Counted from the stretch's first letter, positions 40,168-52,109 are shown. The stretch: 64,000 bases of DNA from Erysipelotrichaceae bacterium (GCA_015058875.1 SVBN01000006.1:2705-66704); one strand, 5' to 3'. The notes: a model not told the origin generated them from the letters alone. Numbers and translations: made by a program.

Positions 40168-41415
40168 TCATTTTATAATCGATTCGATATTATCATATCC
40201 CGCACACAGTAATGCAAGCAGAAGTGTCTGCTGGCATCCCTTGAATGCATCCTTTTCCATAAACTGTTCCGCAAGGGTATGACATTTGGAATCATATGCA
40301 TCCGTTCCGCCCAGGCACACCGCCGGCAGTCCTGCCTCCAGGGCTCTGGAACAGTTTGTAGATCCGCCCTTTGAAAGCTTCGGCTGCGCACATCCGAGAT
40401 ACTGCGACACAAGATATGCACCTTCGACGATGGATACATGTTCATCCTGAGCGCCCGCATTCACATCGCATACATGACGGTAATCATATGTGATCGTATC
40501 CCTGCCCCAGCGTGCCGTTTCCTCCGCGCAGCCTTCTTCGATGCAGCGGAAGATTTCCTTTCTCAGCTTTTCCAGTTCTTCCTGGGAGTTGGAACGGAAG
40601 TTCAGCAGAATCGTCGCCTTGTTTACAATTGCATGAATGGATTCATAGGAACCGGCGAATGCTCCGGTGACGGCATATGTGGTCATCGGCTCTTCCGGGA
40701 CTCTCAGTTCATTGATTTTCGCAATCGCTCTTCCGGCTGCACCGAGCGGATTTGCGACCTTGGCAAACTGTCCGCAGGCATGTCCGCCGATCCCGTAGAA
40801 ATTGAATTCATACGTCTGAATTCCGGTTGCTTGGAAAGTAATATGCTCATAGCCCGGTCCGTCCACAGAAATACTCGCATCCAGTTCGGGATGATGCTGC
40901 ACATAATACTGCATGCCCTTCAATGCACCCATGCCCTCTTCCTGTACGGTGCCGACAAAGTGGATATCCCCCTTTGTCTGAATGCCGGCATGATTCAGCG
41001 CACGGATTGTGGAAAGAACGGATGTGCATCCTCTGGTATCATCCACGATGCCAGGGCAGCGGATCCATCCGTCTTCCCGGATAATCTTCAGCTCGGTATC
41101 CATCGGGAACACCGTATCCATATGTCCTTCCACCAGCACGGTCTTCCCGCCGCCGGTTCCTCTGCGTATGCCCACCGCGTTGCCGTATTCATCGATATGG
41201 CAGTCTTCCAGACCTTCTTCGCAGAACATTTCCAGCAGTCTGGCAGCTTTCTTTTCCTCATGGAATGTCGGTGCCGGAATCAGAGTCAGTTCAATCTGTT
41301 TCTGAATCATATTCTCCTGATCCGCTTCCATAAATGAAACGGCTTCCTTTACTTCCGCTTTTCCTGTCAGGCTTTCAAATGCATTTCTGACCTTGTCTGA
41401 TACGATGTATTCCAT
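40168..41415 (-). CDS. M20/M25/M40-family metallopeptidase
   Basis: EGHMDTVF, GIVDDTRG, VQEEG, SVDG, GGH, GGSTN, HT. Confidence 0.87.
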   Translation of the reverse strand: MEYIVSDKVRNAFESLTGKAEVKEAVSFMEADQENMIQKQIELTLIPAPTFHEEKKAARLLEMFCEEGLEDCHIDEYGNAVGIRRGTGGGKTVLVEGHMDTVFPMDTELKIIREDGWIRCPGIVDDTRGCTSVLSTIRALNHAGIQTKGDIHFVGTVQEEGMGALKGMQYYVQHHPELDASISVDGPGYEHITFQATGIQTYEFNFYGIGGHACGQFAKVANPLGAAGRAIAKINELRVPEEPMTTYAVTGAFAGSYESIHAIVNKATILLNFRSNSQEELEKLRKEIFRCIEEGCAEETARWGRDTITYDYRHVCDVNAGAQDEHVSIVEGAYLVSQYLGCAQPKLSKGGSTNCSRALEAGLPAVCLGGTDAYDSKCHTLAEQFMEKDAFKGCQQTLLLALLCAGYDNIESIIK

Positions 41416-41513
41416 AAATAACCTCCGGATAAATACCACTTCATGATAAACATTTGATGAAACAGTGTATATCAAATCTGGAAAAGTTTATGGATTTTTA
41501 AAACAAGCGCATG

Positions 41514-41548
41514 AAAAAACTGTGAAACAAGCAGTCCCACAGTTTTCT
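41514..41548 (-). terminator. Intrinsic terminator after groEL
   Basis: AAAACTGTG...CACAGTTTTTT on the minus strand. Confidence 0.6.
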
Positions 41549-41564
41549 GGTTTTTTACCGTTTA

Positions 41565-43184
<1,620 letters not shown>

Positions 43185-43192
43185 TTATCTCC

Positions 43193-43480
43193 TTAGTCTT
43201 CAACGACTGCCAGAATGTCATCAGCACTGATGAGCAGGTAGTCTTTCTTTTCAAACTTGATTTCCGTTCCGGAATACTTCTTGTAAATCACTTTCTGGCC
43301 TTCTTTTAATTCAATCGGTACCAGTGTTCCATTATCCACTTTGCCCGGACCGACAGCTGTAACCAGTCCCATGGACGGCTCGTCTTTTGCTTCACCGGTA
43401 GTAAGCAGGATTCCGCTCTTTGTTTTTACTTCTTCTTTTACTTTTTCCAATACAACATAATCATGCAGCGGCTTTAACAT
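43193..43480 (-). CDS. groS: Co-chaperonin GroES
   Basis: MLKPLHDYV, TKSGILL, AVGPG, YKKYSGTE, DILAVV. Confidence 0.97.
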   Translation of the reverse strand: MLKPLHDYVVLEKVKEEVKTKSGILLTTGEAKDEPSMGLVTAVGPGKVDNGTLVPIELKEGQKVIYKKYSGTEIKFEKKDYLLISADDILAVVED

Positions 43481-43500
43481 AATTTACCTCCTCGCGCGCA

Positions 43501-43527
43501 TTAGCACTCATGTGCAACGTTTGCTAA
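43501..43527. promoter_or_regulatory. CIRCE element 1 (HrcA operator)
   Basis: TTAGCACTC-N9-GTTTGCTAA versus consensus TTAGCACTC-N9-GAGTGCTAA. Confidence 0.9.
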
Positions 43528-43535
43528 CACTGATT

Positions 43536-43563
43536 ATTATAGCCATCTCTGTCACTCTGTCAA
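43536..43563 (-). promoter_or_regulatory. Sigma-A promoter of groESL
   Basis: TTGACA (43563-43558), 16 bp spacer, TATAAT (43541-43536). Confidence 0.8.
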
Positions 43564-43575
43564 TACGAGTGCTAA
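43549..43575. promoter_or_regulatory. CIRCE element 2, overlapping the -35 box
   Basis: ctgtCACTC-N9-GAGTGCTAA; the spacer contains the -35. Confidence 0.7.
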
Positions 43576-43687
43576 CATTTCTTATGATTACTTTTCTGAA
43601 ATTCAGCCGTCCGGTTTCCCTGCCGTTATCTGGATTTTCTTTTTCATTCCTTCAGTCTATAATGACTCCATATCGGAGGATTCATAT

Positions 43688-44362
43688 ATGGCAGATTACG
43701 GAATGATTGTGGCGGTGGAAATGCAGGCCGTCAGAGAACGTTACGGAGACGCATTGAAATCATACAGACTGGCCGGGCAGGAAGCCGGTGACTATCAGAT
43801 CGGCGGGAAAACTGTTTCCATTGTACACAGCGGTGCCGGAGAAATTGCGGCTGCCGCAGCCACACAGGCGCTCATTGACAACGGTGCGGAAGTCATTCTG
43901 AATTTCGGCGTTGTCGGTGCACTGACTCCGGAGGCAGAAACTTCAAGATTATGTGTCGTCAACCGTATCATTCACTATGATTTCGATACATCGGAAGTGG
44001 ACGACTGCGCTGTCGGCCGTTATCTGGAACTGCCTTCCGTCTGGATTTCGACGGATGATCATCTGAGAGCTGCGGCACTGGCGGCATATCCTCAGATGAA
44101 CACCGTGGACTGCGCATCCGCAGATAAATTCATTGCGAATCCCGATAAAAAGAGGAAACTCGCCGAAGAGTTTCACTGTGATATCTGCGAGATGGAAAGC
44201 GCCGGCATTGCATTGACATGCTTGCGAAACAATATTCCCTGCCTTCTGATCAAGATGGTATCGGACGGCATTGAAGGCGGCGCGGAAGAATTCTTCGCAA
44301 CCTTCAGAACCGCTTCCGCCACAGCTCTGGAAGTCATGGAAGAAGTATTAAAAAACATGTAA
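43688..44362 (+). CDS. mtnN: 5'-methylthioadenosine/S-adenosylhomocysteine nucleosidase
   Basis: SGAGEIAAA, NFGVVG, SADKF, CEMESAG, KMVSD. Confidence 0.82.
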   Translation: MADYGMIVAVEMQAVRERYGDALKSYRLAGQEAGDYQIGGKTVSIVHSGAGEIAAAAATQALIDNGAEVILNFGVVGALTPEAETSRLCVVNRIIHYDFDTSEVDDCAVGRYLELPSVWISTDDHLRAAALAAYPQMNTVDCASADKFIANPDKKRKLAEEFHCDICEMESAGIALTCLRNNIPCLLIKMVSDGIEGGAEEFFATFRTASATALEVMEEVLKNM

Positions 44363-44367
44363 CATAA

Positions 44368-44398
44368 ATATCCCGGAGGATTGTCCCCCGGGATTTTA
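44368..44398. terminator. Bidirectional terminator
   Basis: ATCCCGG...CCGGGAT with flanking A/T runs between convergent genes. Confidence 0.6.
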
Positions 44399-44911
44399 TC
44401 TGTCAAACAGGAATTCGCGCTTGGTGAAATAGGATTTATTAATAAAGTAAAGCGCCGTTCCGCCGATCATCAGGCTGATATAATCCATCAGTTCCGCCAT
44501 TGTCGTCATTTTTCCGTAGATTGTCGAAACAATAACATACAGCAGAACATAGATGCCAGTTTTGGCAACGGAAATCATCGTATATTTCAGGAACAAGCCC
44601 GGTGCTCCTTTTTTAAAGCCGGCCAGCTGAAATCTGGTATAAATTGCGAAAATGCACATTACCACGCCGACACCGCCGAACAGATAATTGACTATCCGGA
44701 ACAGCGGATACTGACTGTAGAATTCTGCGGGATTGATGCCCTGAACGGTATAGTACCTGCCGGTCAGATACAGGAATGCATTGGAAAGTTCCGACAATGC
44801 CGTCATGAACAGCTGACACCAGATAATAAATTTGAACCAGTTCATCGGAATACTTGTCTGCCGTCTTGTCTTTGAAGCAGATCCTGAAACTGTTTTTACT
44901 GTTTTTGCCAT
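44396..44911 (-). CDS. Hypothetical membrane protein (about 4 TM)
   Basis: Start MAKTVK with SD GGAGG; four hydrophobic segments. Confidence 0.7.
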   Translation of the reverse strand: MAKTVKTVSGSASKTRRQTSIPMNWFKFIIWCQLFMTALSELSNAFLYLTGRYYTVQGINPAEFYSQYPLFRIVNYLFGGVGVVMCIFAIYTRFQLAGFKKGAPGLFLKYTMISVAKTGIYVLLYVIVSTIYGKMTTMAELMDYISLMIGGTALYFINKSYFTKREFLFDR

Positions 44912-45001
44912 AAAATCCTCCGGATACACATGCACTATTATAAACAGAATCGGCAGGATTGCGTGAATGATAATTCTGTCAGAGTGTATAATAATCTCAA
45001 T

Positions 45002-46981
45002 ATGACATCCATCCTCAGAAAACTCAGCCTGTCTTTATTCCATGATTCCGAGCTGATTACGGTCCTGATTGTGACCGGCGTCGTCTGGGCCCTGCTGTAT
45101 GCATTTTTTTACTATGTCCCCATCCCGTGGAAAAAAGAACCGGAAGAGACAAGGACAAATACGTTCCTGAGGGTGTCCCTGAGAAAACCGGTATGGACAA
45201 AGAAGGACTGGATGGCAGTGCTTCTGATCACTTCCGCCTATGCGGTTGTATCCCTGCATCAGCTTGGCAGCACGAAGTTTCCGCATACTACATGGCAGCC
45301 TTCAGACACACCCCAGCAGGTGATCTTCCAGCTCAATGAAATTACCAAGTTCGATGCCGTATGCACGATTTACGGTGAAGGCGACAACAATTCCAATCCC
45401 GATACATATCAGCTCGGCATGCATGACATCCGTCTGGAGGGATCGAACGATCTTTCTTCCTGGGAAGAGATCGGCACACTTTCCTCCGGCAGTATCTACC
45501 AGTATGCCTTTCTGAAAGGCGAATGGGATTACGAATATATCCGTATGACTTCCGACAATAAAAACGACACGCTGAGTGAAATTGCCTTCAAGGCATCCAA
45601 AGCGGAGCGCTTCCTCGGCGTGGAAGTATATGAAGATGCATTCAGCGGCAGCGCATATCCCGCATCCCTGCTTGTGGATGAACAGGATGTGATGTGTCTG
45701 GATCCGACTTATATGAACGAGGGATATTTTGATGAGGTCTATCATCCCCGCAATGCCTGGGAGATCGCAAACGGCCAGCATATGTATGCCAGCGTACATC
45801 CTCTGCTCGGTACTTCGATGATTGCCCTTTCCATCCGTCTTTTCGGAATGAACCCGTTTGCCTGGAGGTTTCCCGGTGCTCTGACCGGCATCCTTCTTCT
45901 GCCGCTGTTTTATGCGCTGTGCAAAGATATGTTCCGCAGGAGTGAATATGCGGCTCTCGGGACAGCATTGTTTGCGGCGGACTTCATGCATCTGACAACC
46001 TCAAGGATCGCTACGCTGGAGCCGTTCAGCGTCTTCTGGATTCTCCTCATGTTCCGGATCATGGTCCGCTATTATTACACCGGATTCTATGATACCTCCC
46101 TGAAGCACCAGATGAAGATCCTGTGCCTGTGCGGAATTGCAATGGGACTCGGCATTGCGACCAAGTGGACGGCATGCTACAGCGCCGTCGGACTGGCAAT
46201 CATACTGTTTTCCAACCTTTTCCTCAGGTGGAGGGAATACCATACGGCAGTGATCAGACTGCGGAAGCCGGGTGAACTTCCCGAAAGGGAAAAGAAGCTC
46301 TGCCGGATTATTACAAAGGTATTTGATGACCATCTTCTGATCACGCTGCTGTGGTGCTTTGTCTTCTTTATATTTATCCCTGTCATTATTTATATTGTTT
46401 CCTACAGCTGGACACATGTCTGGAGAGACGGCTTCAGCGTCTCCAATGTCTGGAAACAGGTCATGTATATGTACCGGTATCACATTAATCTCGAGGCAAC
46501 CCATCCGTATCAGAGTTCCTGGTATCAGTGGCTGCTGGACCTGAGACCGATCTGGTATTACGGACACGGAGAAAAGAGCGGCGTCTATCATTCGATTGCC
46601 TGCTTCTCCAATCCGCTTCTGTGCATTGCCGGTTTCTTCTCCGTCTTTGTCAGCATATGGCAGATCATCCGTCACCGTGACCGGGATGCCTGGCTGATCA
46701 TGATCGGATATCTCACCGCACTGGTCCCCTGGGTGTCACTGGTGGAGCGCTGTGTATTTGCCTATCATTTCTATCCGACAAGCATCTTCATGATTCTTTC
46801 CGTCGTGCATACCTGCAGGCTGCTGTGTGAAAAGCATCCGGAGTTCCGGGTCTATGTGCAGATCTTTGCATGCATGTGCATCATTCTGTTCTACATGTTC
46901 CTGCCGGCAACCGCCGGATTCGGAACAGACAGATCCTATATCAAGCTGCTGGAATGGCTGCCGGGATGGTACTTCGGATGA
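45002..46981 (+). CDS. PMT-family (GT39-like) lipid-phosphate-sugar:protein mannosyltransferase
   Basis: YFDEVYH (catalytic DE), VHPLLG, MNPFAWR, SRIATLE, IATKW, HPYQSSWYQW, FAYHFYP; extracellular beta-domain at about residues 75-220. Confidence 0.85.
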   Translation: MTSILRKLSLSLFHDSELITVLIVTGVVWALLYAFFYYVPIPWKKEPEETRTNTFLRVSLRKPVWTKKDWMAVLLITSAYAVVSLHQLGSTKFPHTTWQPSDTPQQVIFQLNEITKFDAVCTIYGEGDNNSNPDTYQLGMHDIRLEGSNDLSSWEEIGTLSSGSIYQYAFLKGEWDYEYIRMTSDNKNDTLSEIAFKASKAERFLGVEVYEDAFSGSAYPASLLVDEQDVMCLDPTYMNEGYFDEVYHPRNAWEIANGQHMYASVHPLLGTSMIALSIRLFGMNPFAWRFPGALTGILLLPLFYALCKDMFRRSEYAALGTALFAADFMHLTTSRIATLEPFSVFWILLMFRIMVRYYYTGFYDTSLKHQMKILCLCGIAMGLGIATKWTACYSAVGLAIILFSNLFLRWREYHTAVIRLRKPGELPEREKKLCRIITKVFDDHLLITLLWCFVFFIFIPVIIYIVSYSWTHVWRDGFSVSNVWKQVMYMYRYHINLEATHPYQSSWYQWLLDLRPIWYYGHGEKSGVYHSIACFSNPLLCIAGFFSVFVSIWQIIRHRDRDAWLIMIGYLTALVPWVSLVERCVFAYHFYPTSIFMILSVVHTCRLLCEKHPEFRVYVQIFACMCIILFYMFLPATAGFGTDRSYIKLLEWLPGWYFG

Positions 46982-48690
46982 AAAAGGAACGAAGATATGC
47001 GTATCTCTTTTCGGCGCTGATCCTGTCGCTGCTGTTTCTGTATCCGTGGCTGACAAAGGATTTTGTCGGAATTGAGCATGATACATTCTTTCATCTGTCC
47101 AGAATTGAGGGACTGGCACAGGAAATCTCACGCCGGAATTTCCTGCCGGCTGTTTACCCCGGCAAAAACGGCGGTTACGGATATGCCGGTCCGCTGTTCT
47201 ACTGCGATATCCTGCTGTATCCTTCCGCCCTGCTGTACCTGGCGGGACTGCCGCTATCCTGGTGCTATATCAGTGCGGTATTCCTGTTTACCTTCTTAAC
47301 GGCATATTTCATGGAAGAGCTGATTGATGATCTGACCGGTAAGCCTTCCGTATCCATTGCGATCGCCGCCGCATATCTTTTCTGCAATTACCGGATTACC
47401 GATGTCTATGTGCGCTCCGCCCTGGGTGAAGTGGCCGCGATGATGTTTTTGCCGGTATTGTTGAGGGGACTGCTTCAGGTTCTTTTCCGGGAAAAATATG
47501 AATGCTGGACGCTGCTTTGCGCCGGACTGACCGGTCTGGTTTTCAGCCACAACCTGACATTCCTGATGGGCGTTGTTCTCTTTATCATCACGGCACTGAT
47601 GCAGAGAGCCTGGAAAAACAGACGGGCAATGAAAGCCCTGGTTCTTTCCGCCGGCATTGCGTTTCTTGTGACCGCATGGTTCACCCTGCCGATGATCGAA
47701 CAGCTCAGAGCGCAGGATCTGTATGTTTCCTGGTATGCGAAGCACAGCGATCTTTCCAACGGAGCGCTGCGTCCGGGCAGATATTTTATCAATCACACAA
47801 TCTTCGGATACAGCGGAAAGCAGTATGCGGCGAATGAGGCCATGGTGGTCAATCCCGGCTGGTTCCTGATGTTTGCCTCTCTTCCCGTCCTGTATCTGAA
47901 GCGCCTGAAGAACCGGCGTTTTGTACTGACATGTCTGATCCTCGGATGGATCTTCATGATTCTGCCGTCTGATCTGATCCCCTGGAAATATCTCAGTTTT
48001 CTCAGCGTTCTGCAGTTCCCCTGGCGTCTGATGACGCCGGCTTCACTGCTGCTGTGCGTGCCGTGTGCGGCGGTGCTTTCCAGGCTGCGTTATGAAGCAT
48101 TGCGGGCTGTGGTCCTGGTCATCCTGCTCTGTGAGGGACTGTGGCATGTGCATCCGGTCTATACCCGTACATTCGGCATCACATCCCAAACCCTGTATTC
48201 CGATATCACGGAAGGAAAAATCTGCGATCCGTATTATTCCGCCACCTACATGCGCGTCGAGCTTGCCGGCGGTGACTATCTGCCCCAGGACTCTCCCGAT
48301 TTCAGAGATTACAAGCCGGCAGTCCGTACAGGCAATTCGGATATTCTGAATATCGAATGGAAGAAAAAAGGGCAGGAGCTGACGCTAACGGTTCCGGAAG
48401 AATACCTTGGTGTCATGATTGAAGTCCCGCTGACCTGGTACAAAGGATACCGGGTATATTATCAAAGTGAAGAGGCTCTGATTCCGGTTGAAACAGTCCG
48501 TGATTCCCGGGCATTGGTCAGCTTCACGGCGGAAGAAAGCGGAGCGTACCTTTGCCGTTATGAGTCCACCGGACTGCGGAAGCTCTGCATCGGAATATCC
48601 CTCCTTTCCTGGATCGCTGCTGCCGTATGTGCGGGAATGAAGAAGACAGGGAAACAGCTGCCGGACTTCCTTTTCAGAATTCTCCCATGA
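46978..48690 (+). CDS. GT-C-fold membrane protein (PTPS-related/YfhO-like)
   Basis: HDTFFHLSRIEG, GYGY..PLFY, VYVRSALGE, FSHNLT, LQFPWR; ATGA overlap with the PMT gene. Confidence 0.78.
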   Translation: MKKERRYAYLFSALILSLLFLYPWLTKDFVGIEHDTFFHLSRIEGLAQEISRRNFLPAVYPGKNGGYGYAGPLFYCDILLYPSALLYLAGLPLSWCYISAVFLFTFLTAYFMEELIDDLTGKPSVSIAIAAAYLFCNYRITDVYVRSALGEVAAMMFLPVLLRGLLQVLFREKYECWTLLCAGLTGLVFSHNLTFLMGVVLFIITALMQRAWKNRRAMKALVLSAGIAFLVTAWFTLPMIEQLRAQDLYVSWYAKHSDLSNGALRPGRYFINHTIFGYSGKQYAANEAMVVNPGWFLMFASLPVLYLKRLKNRRFVLTCLILGWIFMILPSDLIPWKYLSFLSVLQFPWRLMTPASLLLCVPCAAVLSRLRYEALRAVVLVILLCEGLWHVHPVYTRTFGITSQTLYSDITEGKICDPYYSATYMRVELAGGDYLPQDSPDFRDYKPAVRTGNSDILNIEWKKKGQELTLTVPEEYLGVMIEVPLTWYKGYRVYYQSEEALIPVETVRDSRALVSFTAEESGAYLCRYESTGLRKLCIGISLLSWIAAAVCAGMKKTGKQLPDFLFRILP

Positions 48691-48816
48691 ACTGCTCTGT
48701 ACATTACAGCTGTGCAGAACAGTTTTTTCCTGAACCGCAGCATGCATGAAAAAAGCGGATACAGATCATTTCATCTTCTGAAACAGAGTCAATGATGCAT
48801 CCGCTTTTTCATGTTT

Positions 48817-49572
48817 TCAGTCAGCCAGGGCGTAATTGATATAGGTTAATCCGCTGAGTTCCAGAGAATCTCCTTCTCCGTAGATGTGGAGTCTCAGAAT
48901 ATGCTTTTCTTTTTCATCACGCCAGACGAAATCCGATCCGCTGTAACTGTTCAGGCTGCCCTGATACGGTTCCCCCAGCACTGCTTTCAGTTCTTCCAGA
49001 ACAGCGGAATCCTGCGTTCCTTCCGTGATTCCGATGCCGTTGGAAAACGTCACGCTTTCAGGGCTGCTGAGACCGATGATCACACAGTCTGTCACGGATG
49101 CAGGAGCATCGGAAGCATTCTTCACATAATAGGAAACCTGTCCGCCGAGCTTTGTGGAATAGTCCGTGATTACCAGTCCCACTGCGCCGGGTTCCAGTGT
49201 TTCTGCATCTTTGATCATCTCATGGCCGCCGTAATTCAGCTGTCTGACTCTCTGTATCCCATAGTCTTCCTCGCTGAACAGTGTTTCCCCGAGTCTTATT
49301 TCTGCCGCCGCATTCCATTCCCGGTATGCATCAAATCCGGCAAAGGCATCGGGATCACTGAACGGTCCCTGATCCGGCGTCGGTGCCGGAGCCGGGGTCT
49401 TTACCGGTTCCGGTGTTTTTTCAGCTGCGGCAGTCTCCGGAATCTCAGGGCTTTCCGCCGGTACTGCCGCAGGAGATTCTGCCGGTTTTGCGGCAGGAGC
49501 GGGCTTGCTGCAGGAGACAAGCATCATTGCGGTCAATACCGCCATTGCGGAACAAAACAGTTTTCTCATCAC
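48817..49572 (-). CDS. Hypothetical lipoprotein with Pro/Ala/Ser/Thr-rich linker
   Basis: Lipobox LVSC, then SKPAPAAKPAESPAAVPAESPEIPETAAAEKTPEPVKTPAPAPTP. Confidence 0.75.
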   Translation of the reverse strand: MMRKLFCSAMAVLTAMMLVSCSKPAPAAKPAESPAAVPAESPEIPETAAAEKTPEPVKTPAPAPTPDQGPFSDPDAFAGFDAYREWNAAAEIRLGETLFSEEDYGIQRVRQLNYGGHEMIKDAETLEPGAVGLVITDYSTKLGGQVSYYVKNASDAPASVTDCVIIGLSSPESVTFSNGIGITEGTQDSAVLEELKAVLGEPYQGSLNSYSGSDFVWRDEKEKHILRLHIYGEGDSLELSGLTYINYALAD

Positions 49573-49698
49573 TGATACCTCTCAGTTCTTCAGCAGAATT
49601 GTATCTCTCCGGAGTATTTCCGCAAAAGTGGCAGTACCCGGTGGCATGAAAAAAAAACATGCAGAGACAGCAATGCTCCGCATGTTCTGATTTCCGGA

Positions 49699-52095
49699 TT
49701 AAGCGCGCAGTTCGGCTTTTACCTTCTTGCGCAGATTTTCCAGAATGAAGTTATGGATCTCGGTGATTTCCTCATCCTTCAGGGTATGATCCGCAGCCTG
49801 GTAGACGATGCGCAGGGCAACGGACTTGTATCCTTCCGCGACATGCTCGCCTTCATAGACATCGAATACTTCCGTGGAGCGGACGAGTTTTCTGCCCGAC
49901 TTTTTGATCACTTCCAGGATCTGGCCGGCAGTGATATCGGATGCCACAACCAATGCGATATCTCTGGATACGCTCGGATAACGGTCGATCGCTTCAAAGC
50001 GCAGTTTGCCCGGCTTTGTTTCAAACAGCGGATCGATCGTCAGCTCGGCATATACAACCCGCTTCAGGTCAAACTTTTCCGCATATGCAGGATGCACTTC
50101 CCCGAAGACGCCGAGTCTGTATTTATCCAGCCAGAGTTCCGCACTGCGGTAAGGATGGAAGTGTTCGGTGTCGGTTCTGTTCTCCATGATGCGGACTCTT
50201 CCTGCCGCAAAGCCGAGCTTTGCCAGCAGTGTTTCCGCAATCGACTTCATCGCATAGAAGTCACCCGGCACATGGATATTGTGCAGGCGGTCTTCCATCA
50301 CATTGCCGTCGAGCACAATTGCCAGTCTCTCCTGTTCCACGCCTTCGCCGTAAACCTTGGAGATTTCAAACAGACATGCATCGCCGCTCTGATGCGCTTC
50401 ATTGTACTGGACGCATTCCAGTACGGAGTTGATCAGGCTGGTGCGGATATACTTTCTGGCTTCACTCATCGGCATTGCCAGGGCAACCGGTGTTCCGGCA
50501 GGCTGGTATGCATTGTCGATATAGTCCTGGGATACCAGTGTATATGTCACGATTTCATGCAGGCCGTAGGAGCGCAGGATTTCCCTGAGCGTTCTGCGGA
50601 CGGACTGTGCCGGTGAGAGTCTTCCGACTGTTGCGGACATGAACGGCAGAGTGCCTTCCAGGGAATCAAATCCGATCAGACGGATGATTTCCTCATCGAT
50701 ATCCGCCGGGCGTTCGATATCCGTGCGGTAGCTCGGAATATGACATGTGATTTCGTCACCGTTTACTTCCGGTCTGAAGTCCAGCCATTCCAGAACTTCC
50801 TTCACCTGATCCATTGTGAAGGAGGTGCCGAGCAGTTCATTGCAGTGTGTCAGTGTTTCTTTTACGATGCGCGGCTCATAACTGTTATCGCCGGCAATGA
50901 CAGTCTTTTCAAATCCGGACGCATCCGCATACTCGCTCAGCAGCTGGACGCTTCTGTCAACTGCCTTGGCCATGGAAAGCGGCTCCAGTCCCTTGGTGAA
51001 GCGCTGGGCTGCTTCGGTAATCAGATTCAGACGGATGCTGGTGCGGCGTATGCTTGCATGATTGAAACTGGCGGCTTCGATGAAGATCGATGTTGTATTT
51101 TCATCAATCATTGACTCCTCACCGCCCATGACGCCGGCAATACCGGTTGCTTCGCCGCCGGTCGTAATCAGCAGATCGCCCTTCTGAATTTCAAACTCCA
51201 CGCCGTCCAGTGCGGTCATCTTCAGTTCCCTGTCATCCACGACCGTAATCTCATGCGCGGGCAGCTTGGAAAGATCATAGAAATGCAGCGGCTGACCGGT
51301 TTCCAGCATGACAAAGTTGGAAATATCGACAACATTGTTGATGGAGTTGATGCCGGCCGCATGCAGGTAGTCCGTCATCCATTTCGGGGAAGGACCGACC
51401 TTGACATGGTTGACTACCTTGCCGTAGAAGACAGGGCAGTTCTCTGTTTCACTGGAAACACGGAAGGATGTTTCTTCTCCCACGTCCGCCTTTCCTTCAT
51501 AATCAGGCCATTTTACTTCCCTGTGCAGAATCGCGCCGACTTCCTTTGCCATATTCCACATTGCCGAGCAGTCCGCCCTGTTCGGCGTCAGGGAAACATC
51601 CAGAATCGTATCATCCAGTCCGAGATAACCGAGCACATCGGTTTCACCGACCGGTGCATCCGCAGGGAGTTCTTCGATTCCGTCGAGCTGTTCCTGACGG
51701 AGGTATTTCTTATCGACACCGAGCTCATTCAGCGAGCAAAGCATGCCGTTGCTGGTATAGCCTCTGACCGGTTTCGGCGTGATTGTTCCGCCGGGCAGCT
51801 TTGCGCCGGGAAGCGCAACGATAACTTTCAGTCCCCTGCGGCAGTTCGGAGCACCGCAGACAATCTCATTGATATCTTCCGGATTGACGCCGACTCTGGT
51901 TCTGGTGGAATGCAGGTGGGTATCGGGAATGTCTTCACATTCCAGTACTTCACCGATTACCAGATTTGTCGCACTGGCCAGCGGTTCGATGCCTTCCACT
52001 TCCAGACCGGCGGTTGTCATTTTCTCCGCAAGCTCTTCAGGGGTGATGCCGGAGAGATCCACATATTCACCAAGCCATTTATAACTTAATCTCAT
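49699..52095 (-). CDS. pheT: Phenylalanine--tRNA ligase beta subunit
   Basis: IVCGAPN, GMLCSLNELG, LTPNRADC, YRTDI...DIDEEIIRLIG, YPSVSRDIA. Confidence 0.97.
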   Translation of the reverse strand: MRLSYKWLGEYVDLSGITPEELAEKMTTAGLEVEGIEPLASATNLVIGEVLECEDIPDTHLHSTRTRVGVNPEDINEIVCGAPNCRRGLKVIVALPGAKLPGGTITPKPVRGYTSNGMLCSLNELGVDKKYLRQEQLDGIEELPADAPVGETDVLGYLGLDDTILDVSLTPNRADCSAMWNMAKEVGAILHREVKWPDYEGKADVGEETSFRVSSETENCPVFYGKVVNHVKVGPSPKWMTDYLHAAGINSINNVVDISNFVMLETGQPLHFYDLSKLPAHEITVVDDRELKMTALDGVEFEIQKGDLLITTGGEATGIAGVMGGEESMIDENTTSIFIEAASFNHASIRRTSIRLNLITEAAQRFTKGLEPLSMAKAVDRSVQLLSEYADASGFEKTVIAGDNSYEPRIVKETLTHCNELLGTSFTMDQVKEVLEWLDFRPEVNGDEITCHIPSYRTDIERPADIDEEIIRLIGFDSLEGTLPFMSATVGRLSPAQSVRRTLREILRSYGLHEIVTYTLVSQDYIDNAYQPAGTPVALAMPMSEARKYIRTSLINSVLECVQYNEAHQSGDACLFEISKVYGEGVEQERLAIVLDGNVMEDRLHNIHVPGDFYAMKSIAETLLAKLGFAAGRVRIMENRTDTEHFHPYRSAELWLDKYRLGVFGEVHPAYAEKFDLKRVVYAELTIDPLFETKPGKLRFEAIDRYPSVSRDIALVVASDITAGQILEVIKKSGRKLVRSTEVFDVYEGEHVAEGYKSVALRIVYQAADHTLKDEEITEIHNFILENLRKKVKAELRA

Positions 52096-52109
52096 CTTGT
52101 CTTCCCTCC

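Noticed and set aside
48745-48813. 15-16 bp inverted repeat with a 38-nt loop (possible MITE)
   Set aside because: It sits between convergent genes with A/T runs, fits a terminator, and shows no target duplication or second copy
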